A stretch of DNA of 39,640 bases from Mesotaenium endlicherianum (taxonomy: Eukaryota): the NCBI GenBank assembly GCA_009602735.1, contig WELA01003208.1, positions 21,224-60,863 of the forward strand, read 5' to 3'. Shown here one piece after another: positions 11,101-35,180 of the stretch. Position 1 is the stretch's first letter, and the number at the start of each line of letters is the position of its first letter. The translations under genes were made by a program, and so were the position numbers. Below the pieces are notes generated by a model. The model did not search any database and had not been told where the DNA came from. It was given only the letters and a program-made list of their open reading frames with translations.

Positions 11101-12884
11101 CTTCCGCCCGCCCGCGCAGCAGCTGGCCCGGGATGCACTGTCATTGTCATCCTGCGGCTGCTATGCTTCTGCTATGTTTCGGCTGCTATGCATGTGCTGC
11201 TGCTATCAATTACACTAGGGTTTTGTGGTCACCGGCCTGGCATGATGAGGCGCTCACACTTGGGGCGGAGGAGCAACAGTTTGAGAGACTGTTGAATGCA
11301 ATGCTGGATCACCCAGGGGGGAGGTACTATGCCGCGTCAAGGTGTCTCTAGTGCGTGGGGCTGTCGGTGTGTGGTGTGTGCGCACACGCACGCGTGCGCG
11401 CACACACCGCACACACCGACAGCCACGCACCAGAGAGAGAGGGAGAGGCAGACATAGCCAGGGCCGAGCAGTTGTGTGCGCCTGCCAGCCTGACGGTCGC
11501 CTCCACTAGGAGGGCTACAATATCCTGGCTTCGATCTGTGTGCGGTGCTGTGTTTGGGCTCCATTTGCGGGCGCTAGCATGACCCGTTCCTAAACGTGGC
11601 CCCTCCCTTGTCCTCTGGCGGCGTGTGTGTGCGTGCGTGCTCGCATCTGCAGCTGGGGTGGATCTACGGGTCGGTGACAGAGGACATCCTGACGGGCTTC
11701 CGCATGCACTGCCGCGGCTGGCGCAGCATCTACTGCATGCCCAAGATCCCCGCCTTCAAGGGCTCGGCCCCCATCAACCTATCGGACCGCCTGCAGCAGG
11801 TGCTGCGGTGGGCGCTGGGGTCCGTCGAGATCTTTCTCTCGCGCAATTGCCCCATCTGGTACGGCTGCCGGGGCCGCCTGAAGGTCCTGCAGAGAATCGC
11901 GTACATGAACACAGTGCTCTACCCTTTCACCTCCTTCCCCCTGGTGGCCTATTGCGTGCTTCCGGCCATCTGCCTGATCACCGACAAGTTCATCATTCCT
12001 CAGGTAATGTCGCCAGCTGTTGCCATCTGCCCCCCCCCCCCTCCCCTTTTTCTTTTTTTGGGCTTTGTGTCTCCTCTCTATGCCAGCAGTCCTATGATGT
12101 CAAAGTTAAGTGCCCCCCCCCTCTCACCCCCTCTCTGAGAGATTGTATTTCAGATTTTTCGGTGCTTGTTTTCACCAATGCCTACTCCAAGCATGTCTGC
12201 TCTGAAAGCTGCATCCAATTCCTGGTGGGACGAGAAGCTACTGTTGGAGGCTTCACTGTGGAGTGATTGCTCATGCTTATCTTCTCTGACCTTGTGCAGA
12301 TCAACAGCACGGCCGCCATGTGGTTCATCGCCCTCTTCCTCTCAGTGTTTGCCACGGCCGCGCTGGAGATGAGGTGGAGCGGGGTCGGGCTCACCGAGTG
12401 GTGGAGGAACGAGCAGTTCTGGGTCATCGGTGGCGTGTCCTCGCACCTCTTTGCCGTCTTCCAGGGGCTCCTGAAGGTGCTGGCCGGCATCGACACCAAC
12501 TTCACCGTCACGTCGAAGCAGGCGGACGACGAGGGCGCCTTTGCCGACCTCTACGTGTTCAAGTGGACGTCGCTCCTCGTCGTGCCGACCACACTCGTCG
12601 TCATTAACCTGATAGGCATCGTCGCAGGGCTGGCCAACGCGGTGAACAAGGGCTTCAACGCCTGGGGCCCACTCTTCGGGAAACTCTTCTTCTCCTTCTG
12701 GGTCGTCATCCACCTGTACCCCTTCCTCAAGGGCTTGATGGGCAAGAGCAACCGCACCCCCACGATCATCATTGTGTGGTCCATCCTCCTCGCATCCATC
12801 TTCTCCCTCATCTGGGTCAAGATCGACCCCTTTGTCAGCTCCGGCAACGGGCCGAAGCTCACCCAGTGCGGTGTAGATTGCTAG
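2180..12884 (+). CDS. CesA: Cellulose synthase catalytic subunit (plant rosette-type CesA, GT2), paralog a, ~1101 aa, 15 coding exons
   Basis: GT-AG exons with consistent phases: 2180-2257 ([26 protein letters not shown]), 2607-2796 (RING-like Zn finger [23 protein letters not shown]), 3700-3905 (GSPRVPGD), 4171-4333, 5101-5198 (LGHGSIVW), 5727-5848, 6562-6828 ([13 protein letters not shown]1-2), 7515-7857 (STVDP, SDDG), 8398-8535 ([14 protein letters not shown]), 8937-9062 ([11 protein letters not shown]), 9528-9740 (DCD, QFPQRFD), 10255-10483, 10880-11076, 11653-12003 (TED, QVLRW), 12300-12884 (FTVTSK, ends QCGVDC-stop). Total 3306 nt. Exons 4-6 lie in the hypervariable region and have the least certain boundaries. 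Confidence 0.96.
11345..11436. repeat. Long imperfect inverted repeat (hairpin) in CesA-a intron 13
   Basis: Left arm GTGCGTGGGGCTGTCGGTGTGTGGTGTGTGCGC (11351-11383) pairs with right arm GCGCACACACCGCACACACCGACAGCCACGCAC (11398-11430) with two 2-nt bulges. Pairing extends by TCTCT/AGAGA. Confidence 0.85.
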
Positions 12885-15514
12885 ACGACATTTCTCGTCT
12901 GCTGTTTTATTACATTTTCTTTCAAAGTTAATGGCTAGGATACACGTGCAGCGCAGCGTTGAGGTGCAAACTTACTGCAAGTTTGGCTATATTAGTGACG
13001 CTGCCCCCTTTTCTTCTTCCTTCACGTGGGCTTGGTTGTGGGCATTCTTAAGTTTATTTGGAGCTCCACCGTGTTGATACGGGCCTAGGACAGCTGGCTC
13101 TGCTTGGTTCAGAATGCAGAAAAAGACGTAATATGCCTTGGGACTTCGTTGAGCTATGAAGATATAGGTTTGTAGTTTAGGTTGTTGCTGTACAGCTTCG
13201 TTAGATATCGTTATCAGCTCGTCATAAGTAAGTCGCCTGGAGAGCATTTTCCAGCAGTGCACAGGCATCGACTGCAGTTGCAAGTAGATCGCAGAAGCAC
13301 TCTTTACATTTAGACTGCACTGGGTGTGAAGATGGCACTCGTCAGTTTGTATTCAACACCTATTATTTCATCGTGTTGCTGGAATTCTGACATATTGATG
13401 ATTCTGGCGCTCCACATATAGGTCATCGGGTTGATTAGCGTGAAGCATATGCACTTAGCGCCACATCTACTGTCGTATTTTCATGGACCTAGGAATGCAC
13501 AGCATGTGGTCCTAGTTGGTAGACATGTTTTCTTCATAACACTCCAAACGGGGGGGAAAGAACATTCTTCTTTGTCGAGATTCCACTACAGATGGCAAAA
13601 GTGCATGCCATGTGATTTAGTTTCATTCTTTAACATTCTAATGCCTAAGCAGGCACATATACATACGTGCTGGCCAGAGTTGCGATCTCATGTTGCAAAT
13701 CTACTACACGAGGTGCGCACCATATATATGCCTTGAAGATTTATTGTTTCTTTGAATACCTTTTTCAGCCAGTCGACTATGTGCACCTCTGTTCATGTAT
13801 GCTTCAAGAGACACAAATATCAAGAACCCTATTACCAGTTGAAAGATAGAACGAGAATAACATTCATCACATTGAGCAGAAGTGGATTAACATATATCAT
13901 TGAGCCCAACACCAACGCAGCCAACAATGAGCTTGTTGCAGGAAACTGCCTTGATTAACACGACTTCAAAAAGCAGCTTTGGAAGACCGAAACGGATGCT
14001 GCACAGTGCACTCTGCCACTACATTTACTGCACCAACAGCCAATGTAGCGTCTCCAATCAGCTGGTTTTCATAGCTTTTTAATAAACGTCCAATCGGATT
14101 GAATCGGATGAAACTTTATCGCAAAAGACTTTTACATTCGCAAGCTACACGAAGAAGCCAGCTGTCGTAGTGTGCGACACTACAGCCTTAGGAAGATCGT
14201 GAATTGTCGAAACTGCAAAAGTCGAAACTGGAACAGGACCAGACACACCGACTCCGACAAGCCATGGCCCGCCTTAGCCTTTAATAGCTACGAACACCTT
14301 TTAAGCTGCCAAGTGCTTGGCCTAATGTGGTCTTGGGCCATTTTGGGCAGTCTAGGCCCAGGTTACTCGAGGCACGCGTTCAATAGCTGCTCTCTGTCCG
14401 TCTGCTATAGACGTCTGTAGACCACTCTAGACCAAGTTCCTTTTGGATTTTGATGTGACTGGATATATTAGCTGCAACTTGCTGGCAGAACTGTGACGAA
14501 AATTGGCGGGCATTTTTTGGGGATACATCCAAACGACATGGCAGCAGTTGCAACGTGCCTCCGCTAATAACGCTGGGTTGACTGCCTCGCATTGGAAGGA
14601 CTTGGAACGACTCACGGAGCTAAGCAGAGCTGAGTGCAAACAGACGGAAAAGTGCAGACGCGTGTACCGATTTGTAGTATCCCCGGCACGACCAAGTTAT
14701 TTAGCAGCAGTCGATGTCTATTGTGAGGCTGGAGCTAAGCTCCTCCCGCTATGTGGAGGTGACTGAGATGCGCGTCTTTGAAGAGTCGCTTGCTATCCTG
14801 GCGACAAAACAACTCGTTTGCTCGCCTCCTTGACCGCCGAATGTGCTGAGGGTGGCTTAACAGCCTTGGCAGATCTCCGGCTCATTCAGTCTGTTGAGTA
14901 ACGGTGAGGCAACGACAGACGACGGCTTCCCCGGGCCAGTACTGAAAATTTTCCTCCAGGACTCTCGGAGCGTCGTCTACGGTCGGTAACTTTAAACGAA
15001 ACTTCTGCACCGTCCGATACAAAACGTTGTCTTCTTCACGCATTCCCAGCCATCGATGATCTCTGAGAGCAATCACCTTCTTGGAAGTAGCCCTCAGTGC
15101 AACCTCAGTGTGCCTTATGCAGTGGCCCTCAGCTCATTTTTTTGTTCCCGTTGGTCCTTTTAGTGCCGTTCGCAAGTCTTCGCCTTCGAAGTGCTTGGTC
15201 TGCCTCGCCTGGTCTTGCCCAGAGCTCCGGTGATGTGAACATTTTCTGAGTTGCATCTGACAAATAGCGAGGCTGCAAGAAACTGGCCAAGAAGGACCAT
15301 GGTTCATGGTCCCGAATGATTCTTGAATTCATCCACATCTCTTGGTACAAAGCTTCGATGAGTTATCTTTGCTGATTATGTCATCTTGAAACTGTGACGG
15401 ACGTGATCCAGGGTGATAGTTATTGTGTATTGATCGTGTATAGCTGAAGAAGCTGTACTGAAAATTAGTTGGGAGTTTAGATTTGGGGGGCACGAGGGAG
15501 GAGGCATTCTGGAC

Positions 15515-28922
<13,408 letters not shown>

Positions 28923-30846
28923 AGTGGCCCTCGACTTGGATCGCTGGAGGAGGAGGAGCCGCCTCGTTGTGCCTTGTGTAGCGGTCCCTTATCTATGATT
29001 TGTGCTCTGTCTCCATGATTCATTTGTCGCCATGTGAAATTACTTTTTTCTTGGGTGTTCTCTTTGCTACAGTTGCGGCGTGTGTAGGCAGGGGGGAATA
29101 GAGACTTAGTCAGAATGATGCAAATATTGGGCCGGCTGCAACCCCTTAGGATAGAATTTGGGCATTCTTGTCGTGTACGAAGCGATGCTCTCTCTCTCAA
29201 AGCGCAGACAGAAGGTGACATTGAGTCCTGGAGTGCTCAGGTCACGCTCGTCGTATTTACCACTCACAGGACACAAAGAGTTGGATGCTGAGCCATAACA
29301 ATAGCTGCTTTTGTTTAGTATTTGATGGAATCCTACCCTGCATGACGGTAGGATACAAACATGGTAAGGTAGAAGATGCAACTGTGCCAATAAGGTAGAT
29401 AGTGTACATGTTCTGCTGCAGCAGCAAAAGTGCCAAGACTTGACTTGTACACCTTGTGCATAAGGAGAACTGTGATTGTTTCTTCCTCTGGAAGTATTTA
29501 GTATCGCATAGCTATTCGTAATGTTTCTAGGCACATATGTCCAGCTTTCTTCATAATTGAACTCTCGTATTGCTGCTGCATTTGTTTTAGTGCTAGGAAT
29601 TGTTGACTCATACACACGTTTGTCGGTTTCTTTTCAACATGTTTTTATTAATGACTAAAATCCACATCTTGCAGAGTCTGCTGAAGTGAGTGGAACAGAA
29701 TGCAATGTCCAACATGCTGTTCCCGCTGACTGAGTGCATGCTGGTCTCTACTTAACAGTATGCATGGATTTGTGCAAAGAAAACATTTGATTGTCACACC
29801 TGGCCTTCCCTTGGCTTTTGCACGTGGACACATGGTCTTCTGCCTGCAGTGCCTAACAATTACCTGCTGCACCATGCTGGGAACTGCTGCTTCCCCCCCC
29901 TCACACTACAACCCTGGGCTCACGCCTTTCCAAGGTGTAGCTCCTGCCTGCGCTAGATGCCTAGGGTTGCCCCCAAAGCTTCTCGCCTTGAGAGCTTTAA
30001 GTCCTAACAGGAAGAGGCACCTGTACACAAGCTCAAGGGGAACCAGGAGTCTTACCTCACGATAGATAAGAGTTGATAAATAATAAGACGAGCCTTTTGT
30101 CGCACACATAGTGAACTGCTTCTGTTACAATGTGGACGCCAGTGGAGCTGCCGGCGGCATCGCGTGCCAACAGTTTTCGGTTACTCTCTCATATGGCTTA
30201 AAAACATGCGGCTTGCGTATTCATGGTGGACTGCATGACCCTATGCTCTTATTGTGCACGTCTGACGACTCGTTCAGGCACTTAGTGTGTGCTAGACTAG
30301 CTGTTAGGCACTGGCCAATTATGGGGCCGGAGAGGTGTGTTGCTGTAAGGTCCTGAACTTGATACCAAGAAATAGGTATTATGTTACATTCCAGGTTTAT
30401 GATTAAAGTCTGAGAATTCCCATGCTTTTCAGTTTCATCCACCCCATAATATTTGAAAAGAATCAATCCAGCACCATTCTCGCGCAGGAGAAGCATCCAG
30501 ACACAAATGCTGACTTGCGGGCATATCATGGTACACTGTCAGCTTGCATGATGCAACACTTCCACTACCTATTTACTCTTTGAAAGTGCCCGCGCGCGAG
30601 TGCCACTTAAGTGGCTGGTGCCACCCATTGTCTGCACAGAAATTACACTCCAGCGTTTTATCTGCGTGTGTTGCAAATGCACTATTCAGTGTTATGCCGG
30701 CATGCAAGACGAGCTATTGATGCCAAAGATACAACCACACTCATAATCCCCATGACTAAATTAATCACAACACTCTACTTCTCGTCACCACCTATTTTTG
30801 GAGGCAACTTTCATAGGGACATTTTCCAAGCCCAGCCCGTGGCCCA

Positions 30847-32506
30847 TTACGCGTATCCAAGAAACTCCGCGTGCACCAGCAGCCCCTCGAGGGTCTCCGG
30901 CAGCAGCTTGCGGCTGAACAGGAAGCAGTATCGGTCCGCCGCCTCTCTGCGCTCTATTTGGCATCGGCTCCCGCCCCGCATGTCTTCCAGCAGCGCCGTG
31001 TTGGGCGTCGTCGAGTTGAACTCCGCCGCGCCGAACGACGCCGGGTGGGACGCAAACTGCCGCGGCCACGCCACCCACGTCATGGTCCGGTTCGTGAGCC
31101 TCTGCGGAAACAGAATGCTCAGCATGGTGGCAAGGTAGTGCTCGTCGCAGTAGCACGCGTACGGCTTGCAGTGCGCGGCAAACTTCGGGAGGTAGGTGAC
31201 GTCAGCGACGATCGCCGAGGCAAGCTCCCGGTCGACTTCGAACCACTGGCTGCCCTTGCGCCACTGGGCCTGGGTCACCTCGGGCAGAAAATTTGCGTTG
31301 TAACGCCCCCGCCCGTCTTTTCCGGGCTGGTCGTAGCTCTGCACGAAGCTGAGGGGGGACCCCATGAAGTGACTGTACACCACCGAGAAGCTCCAGAGGG
31401 GCGCGCAGCTCTCGGAGAGAAGCACAAAGCGCTCGTTGTGTGGGTTGCCCAGGGCATACTTGAGCATCTTCCTCTCCGCCTCCACCAGGCTCGCCGAGCC
31501 CCACTCTGTCTTCTGCCCGTCCCCCAATCGCCCGCAGTGCCAGCCGCCGCGGCCGCCGCCCGCAGCCGCCCGCCAAACCAACCGCCCGCCCGCCAGAGTA
31601 AAGTCAAGGGAAAAGAAGAAGTTAGACAAAAGTACGTGCTTGAACCGAGAGGACTGCTGACGTGGGTGCTTCGGCACGTGGGCCGAGCTTTGCTCTATCC
31701 TTTGAGTAAGCCGGCCTGCCCGCCGAGTCAAGGGAGATGAAAGATAAAAAAGTGGTGGAAATTGAAGGGAGGAGGTTGCTGATGAGGAATTGCCATCATG
31801 TGTTGAAAAATGCTAGCTAGAGTTTTGAATGGATCAGTGCTGCAATTATAGTTATAGAAAATGAATGCTGAAAGCACGAAAGAAGTAAGAGAGGACTAAC
31901 AGGGACGCAAACGCAAATGCTTATCACGAGAACAGCAGTTTTCTTTTCGCGTAGGATAAAGTGCACCGCTGGGAATCTGCTCTCTCATGGTAGGTGCGCT
32001 GACACACAAGATGCATGTGCCAGACGCATACGCCATGTGGTGAATTGCAATCGCAATGTCTGCATCTCGCAGCCGGTCTGCGTTGATTTTGCAGGACATG
32101 ACATATACTGATGCTTGTCAATGTCCTCGCATTCTTGGGCCGCGAGCAAGAGGGGTGAGAGGGCAAGCAGGGGAGTGACTTGGAACCCAAGCAAGAGCAA
32201 GAGCAAGCTAGAATGACGAGCAGGCAAGCAAGGGCATCAGGGAGTAAGAGAGGAACGCGCGGGTGAGAGGGAAAACACACAGAGCCGGCGAGAGCCGAGG
32301 CTGCGCCGGAGCCAGCGGGTAGCACGAGCGCGGCGTGCGAGAGAGAATGAGTAACTTAGAGAGCATGAACACGAGACGGAGAGGGAGTGAGAAGGAGAGG
32401 GAGACGGATAGACACAGAGCCAGATCAATTTTGAGTGCAAGAGTGCCAGAGTGCTAGCGCCAGCGCCAGAGTTAGAGCCAGAGCCAGAGCCAGGGCCAGA
32501 GAGCTA

Positions 32507-32547
<41 letters not shown>

Positions 32548-33939
32548 AGAGAGCAGGAGAAAGTACCATTTGGGGAACAATGCGATGCGGAAACAGCGTC
32601 TTGAGGAACGCACGATGCTCCCGCGAGAGGTTCCCGTGGATATACGCCGTAAACCTGGCGGCGTTGCACGGGGCGTCAAAGAACTTGCCCCAGAGCTGCG
32701 CCAGCGGGAGTTGCTCCCGCGTCAGGAACATGAAGGCGATTCTCTTCTGCGGCTGCTGCGTTTGCTGGTGGTGGCGCTGCTGCAGCTGCGTGCGAGGCAG
32801 CGCCTGCGCTGGCGCCTGCAACACCTGCCATGGCTGCGAGGACGGCGTTGTTGTTGTTGTTGTTGTTGCCGTTGTCATGGTTGTCCCTTCCCCGTTCCTC
32901 CTGCTCCAGCTCCAGCCCCGCCGCCTGCTGCTATCGCTTGCTCTCTGGCTGCTGATGCCGCTGCCGCTGCCGCCGCTCCCGCTCTTGCTCCCTCTGCCGC
33001 TACTCCTGCTCTTGCCGATGCTCCCACTCTCATTGCTGCTTCTGGCGCTGCTCGCCCTCGTGCTCGTGCTTGCGCTTGTCTCGCGAGCATAGGGCAAAGG
33101 CAGGGGCGGTTCCAGAATGCTGCCCCCTTCCACGGTTTCTTTCTCCTGCGCTTCCTCCCAGTCAGGTTTGTCTCCCCCAGGCGGCCATGTGCGCTTGCCC
33201 ACTCCCCCCTCAGGGTCCTCTTCTGCACCCCTGCCTCCTCCCAAGTCCTCATCTTCTGAAAAGCTTGCGACTCTCTGTGACTTACTGCTGGGGAGGCTGA
33301 GTTCAAGAGCTTCCCCTTCTTCTCCCTCCCACGTGCTCTGCCCTGGCTTCCTCCCCTGCCCCTTCTGCCCCTTCCCCCCCTCCCCCCCNTCACAACTTGA
33401 ACTTGCTTTACGGGGGGAAAGGAGAATCTCGTCCTTCCATCTCAACCCCTCTCATCTCCGGACATCTCAAAGAAGAGAACCCCGAGAGAGAGCTTCCACC
33501 CCTCCCCCCCCTCCTCCTCCCCCTCCGGCTTCCCTTCCCTCTCATCCTCACCCTCACCCTCACCCGGCCCCTGCCGCTGCCCCTGCCGCTGCCCCAGCCC
33601 CTGCCCCTGCCCCTGCTCCTGAACCCTGGGCTTCACCTCCCCGCCCAAGCCTTTCCTCTCCTCCACACCCAGATTCAGCGAGGCAGAAGGGTTTCCAGGC
33701 GGGCCGTCGGGGTTGACGCCAGGCGAGAAGCTGGCAGGGGGCTCTCGATCAAAGCTCTCGCTAGGGATGGAGCTCTGAGCGCGCCTCCTGTATTGCACGG
33801 AAGCAGAGGCGGGGAAGCCCCGCAGTGCTCTCATGGCGGACTGGGGGTTGGCCACGAGCTGCCCGAGGGAGACCCCGCAGATGAAGATCACAAGCAGGCC
33901 CAGGAGCCGGGACGAGTGCGCCAGCATGGGGAGAGCCAT
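30847..33939 (-). CDS. BC10/DUF266-type core-2/I-branching beta-1,6-N-acetylglucosaminyltransferase-like (GT14-like) type II membrane glycosyltransferase, ~638 aa after repairing an assembly frameshift
   Basis: Exon 1 (33939-32567) has an N-terminal TM anchor LLGLLVIFICGVSLGQLVA, a long low-complexity stem, then KRIAFMFLTREQLPLAQLWGKFF..YIH. A phase-0 GT-AG intron spans 32566-31513. Exon 2 (31512-30847) has EWGSASLVEAERKMLKYAL..NERFVLLSESCAPL..GRGRY..QWRKGSQWFEVDR..CYCDEHY..NRTMTWVAW..HP..CFLFSRK. These motifs are characteristic of the plant BC10/DUF266 family. The start codon is inferred (first in-frame ATG), and the frame breaks around the N at 33389. Confidence 0.9.
32445..32550. repeat. 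Hexanucleotide microsatellite (GAGCCG/GAGCCA)n at the 5' end of the BC10-like intron
   Basis: Perfect (GAGCCG)n at about 32507-32547, preceded by degenerate GAGCCA/GCGCCA units. Confidence 0.9.
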
Positions 33940-34539
33940 GCGGGCGCAGGCTATGGTGGTGAAACTTCTGGCTTCTGGAATATTGGAGGAGGGCGGTGGG
34001 GGCGGAGCCCTCTGCCCCGACCTCCAAAAAGGGAGGGAGGAGGCCAATTGCCGGATGGTGAGACACTGTGTGAAGAGTTGAACGTTGGTGAATGCAGGAG
34101 CGTTCTACGATACCAGTACGTTGATCACGCACCTCAATTTTCTGTGTTAAGCGCAGCGAGTGCCGTGCAACTCCCTCATGCAATTAAGCAGTAAGTGCTC
34201 AATTAAGGTATGAGTCGAAGACTAACACCCAATGACCTGAACCTCAAGGACCAGCCTGCACCAATTGAAGGAAGTAACAGCCAGCCAGAGGGCGCACACA
34301 AGGCTAGCTAGAAGAGAATTGTCTGAGCGATAAATACATAATTTGTCATCACCTATCGTGTAGGAAGTCACCTTTGCTACGCCCATCAACTACTTGCTGC
34401 TCGCAAGTGTGGCATGTACTTGCAATTGATCCCGAGCTAGAGAGAAAACAATATTTGAGAATTATTCACCCCACTCTGGAAAGTTGCGTACTGACAGGAG
34501 CTTGTGTCAGCATGCATCATATGATTGTCAAAAGCTCGA

Positions 34540-35180
34540 CTTTCGCGAAAAGGACATGCATGTTCACTCTGGTTCTCTATGGTTGCCTCTCCTCTGTAGA
34601 TCTTTAGCGAATGCGCAGAATATGTACCCCCTTTGCTAATCCATCATGCCCCTTCATCGGAAATGAGATACGTAGATATACAGCACCTTCGCAATCAAGG
34701 GCAGCACAACCGTTCAGCGTAATGTCGACCTTTTCCCCGATCCTAACGCTTTTTCCCTGCGATGTAGACATTAGGATTCACCCATGTTGAAAGTCTTCTA
34801 CTTTAGTTCGCGATGTGAATCGCTTATCGTGGGGCTTCAATAAAGACGACATTGGAAGTCGTGCACAGTGACAGTGTGATGCGACATGGAGAGAGCTACG
34901 GATAGGCTTGTCAAACGACTGCGTCATTTGGTTTCGTTGACAAATTGGTGGCTGATGTCCATCCAGGCCAACTTGAGGGGCTTTTCCCCTGACGCCATCA
35001 CGAGCGTCACAAACTAATGGTCACGAATGCGAATTTCAGCCCGACACAGGCGGCCTCATGGGGCAGGCGGCCTCATAGGGCGGGCGACCGTAAATGGACG
35101 TTCACAATTAAAGCGGCGAGGCTTGTCAATTGCCGGGAAGTCTGAAGATCTGCCGTCTACTGTTCGCGAAATTCGCGATA
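34540..35180 (-). promoter_or_regulatory. CpG-rich putative promoter region upstream of the BC10-like gene, with four TTCGCGA motifs
   Basis: TTCGCGA occurs at 34541, 34807, 35163 and 35172. The region lies 0.6-1.2 kb upstream of the inferred ATG. Function is inferred from position only. Confidence 0.35.
35047..35089. repeat. 17-bp tandem repeat, 2.5 copies
   Basis: CAGGCGGCCTCATGGGG / CAGGCGGCCTCATAGGG / CGGGCGACC. Confidence 0.85.

Noticed and set aside
12810..12832. Lys instead of Arg in WVKIDPF, near a site linked to isoxaben resistance in Arabidopsis CESA6
   Set aside because: The change is conservative and, from recall, also found in some land-plant CesAs. The FTVTSK loop is intact, so there is no support for a resistance claim.
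12885..15514. Short ORFs in the spacer between the two CesA genes
   Set aside because: They have no recognisable domains or consistent exon chain, and are better explained as UTR and promoter sequence.
33389..33510. Frameshift and stop suggesting the BC10-like gene is a pseudogene
   Set aside because: The segment is bounded by an 18-nt near-duplicate and a lone N. Removing it restores the frame, and the catalytic domain is intact.
30871..34194. Plus-strand ORFs overlapping the BC10-like gene
   Set aside because: They are antisense shadows or microsatellite translations (EPEPEP). The family motifs are on the minus strand.
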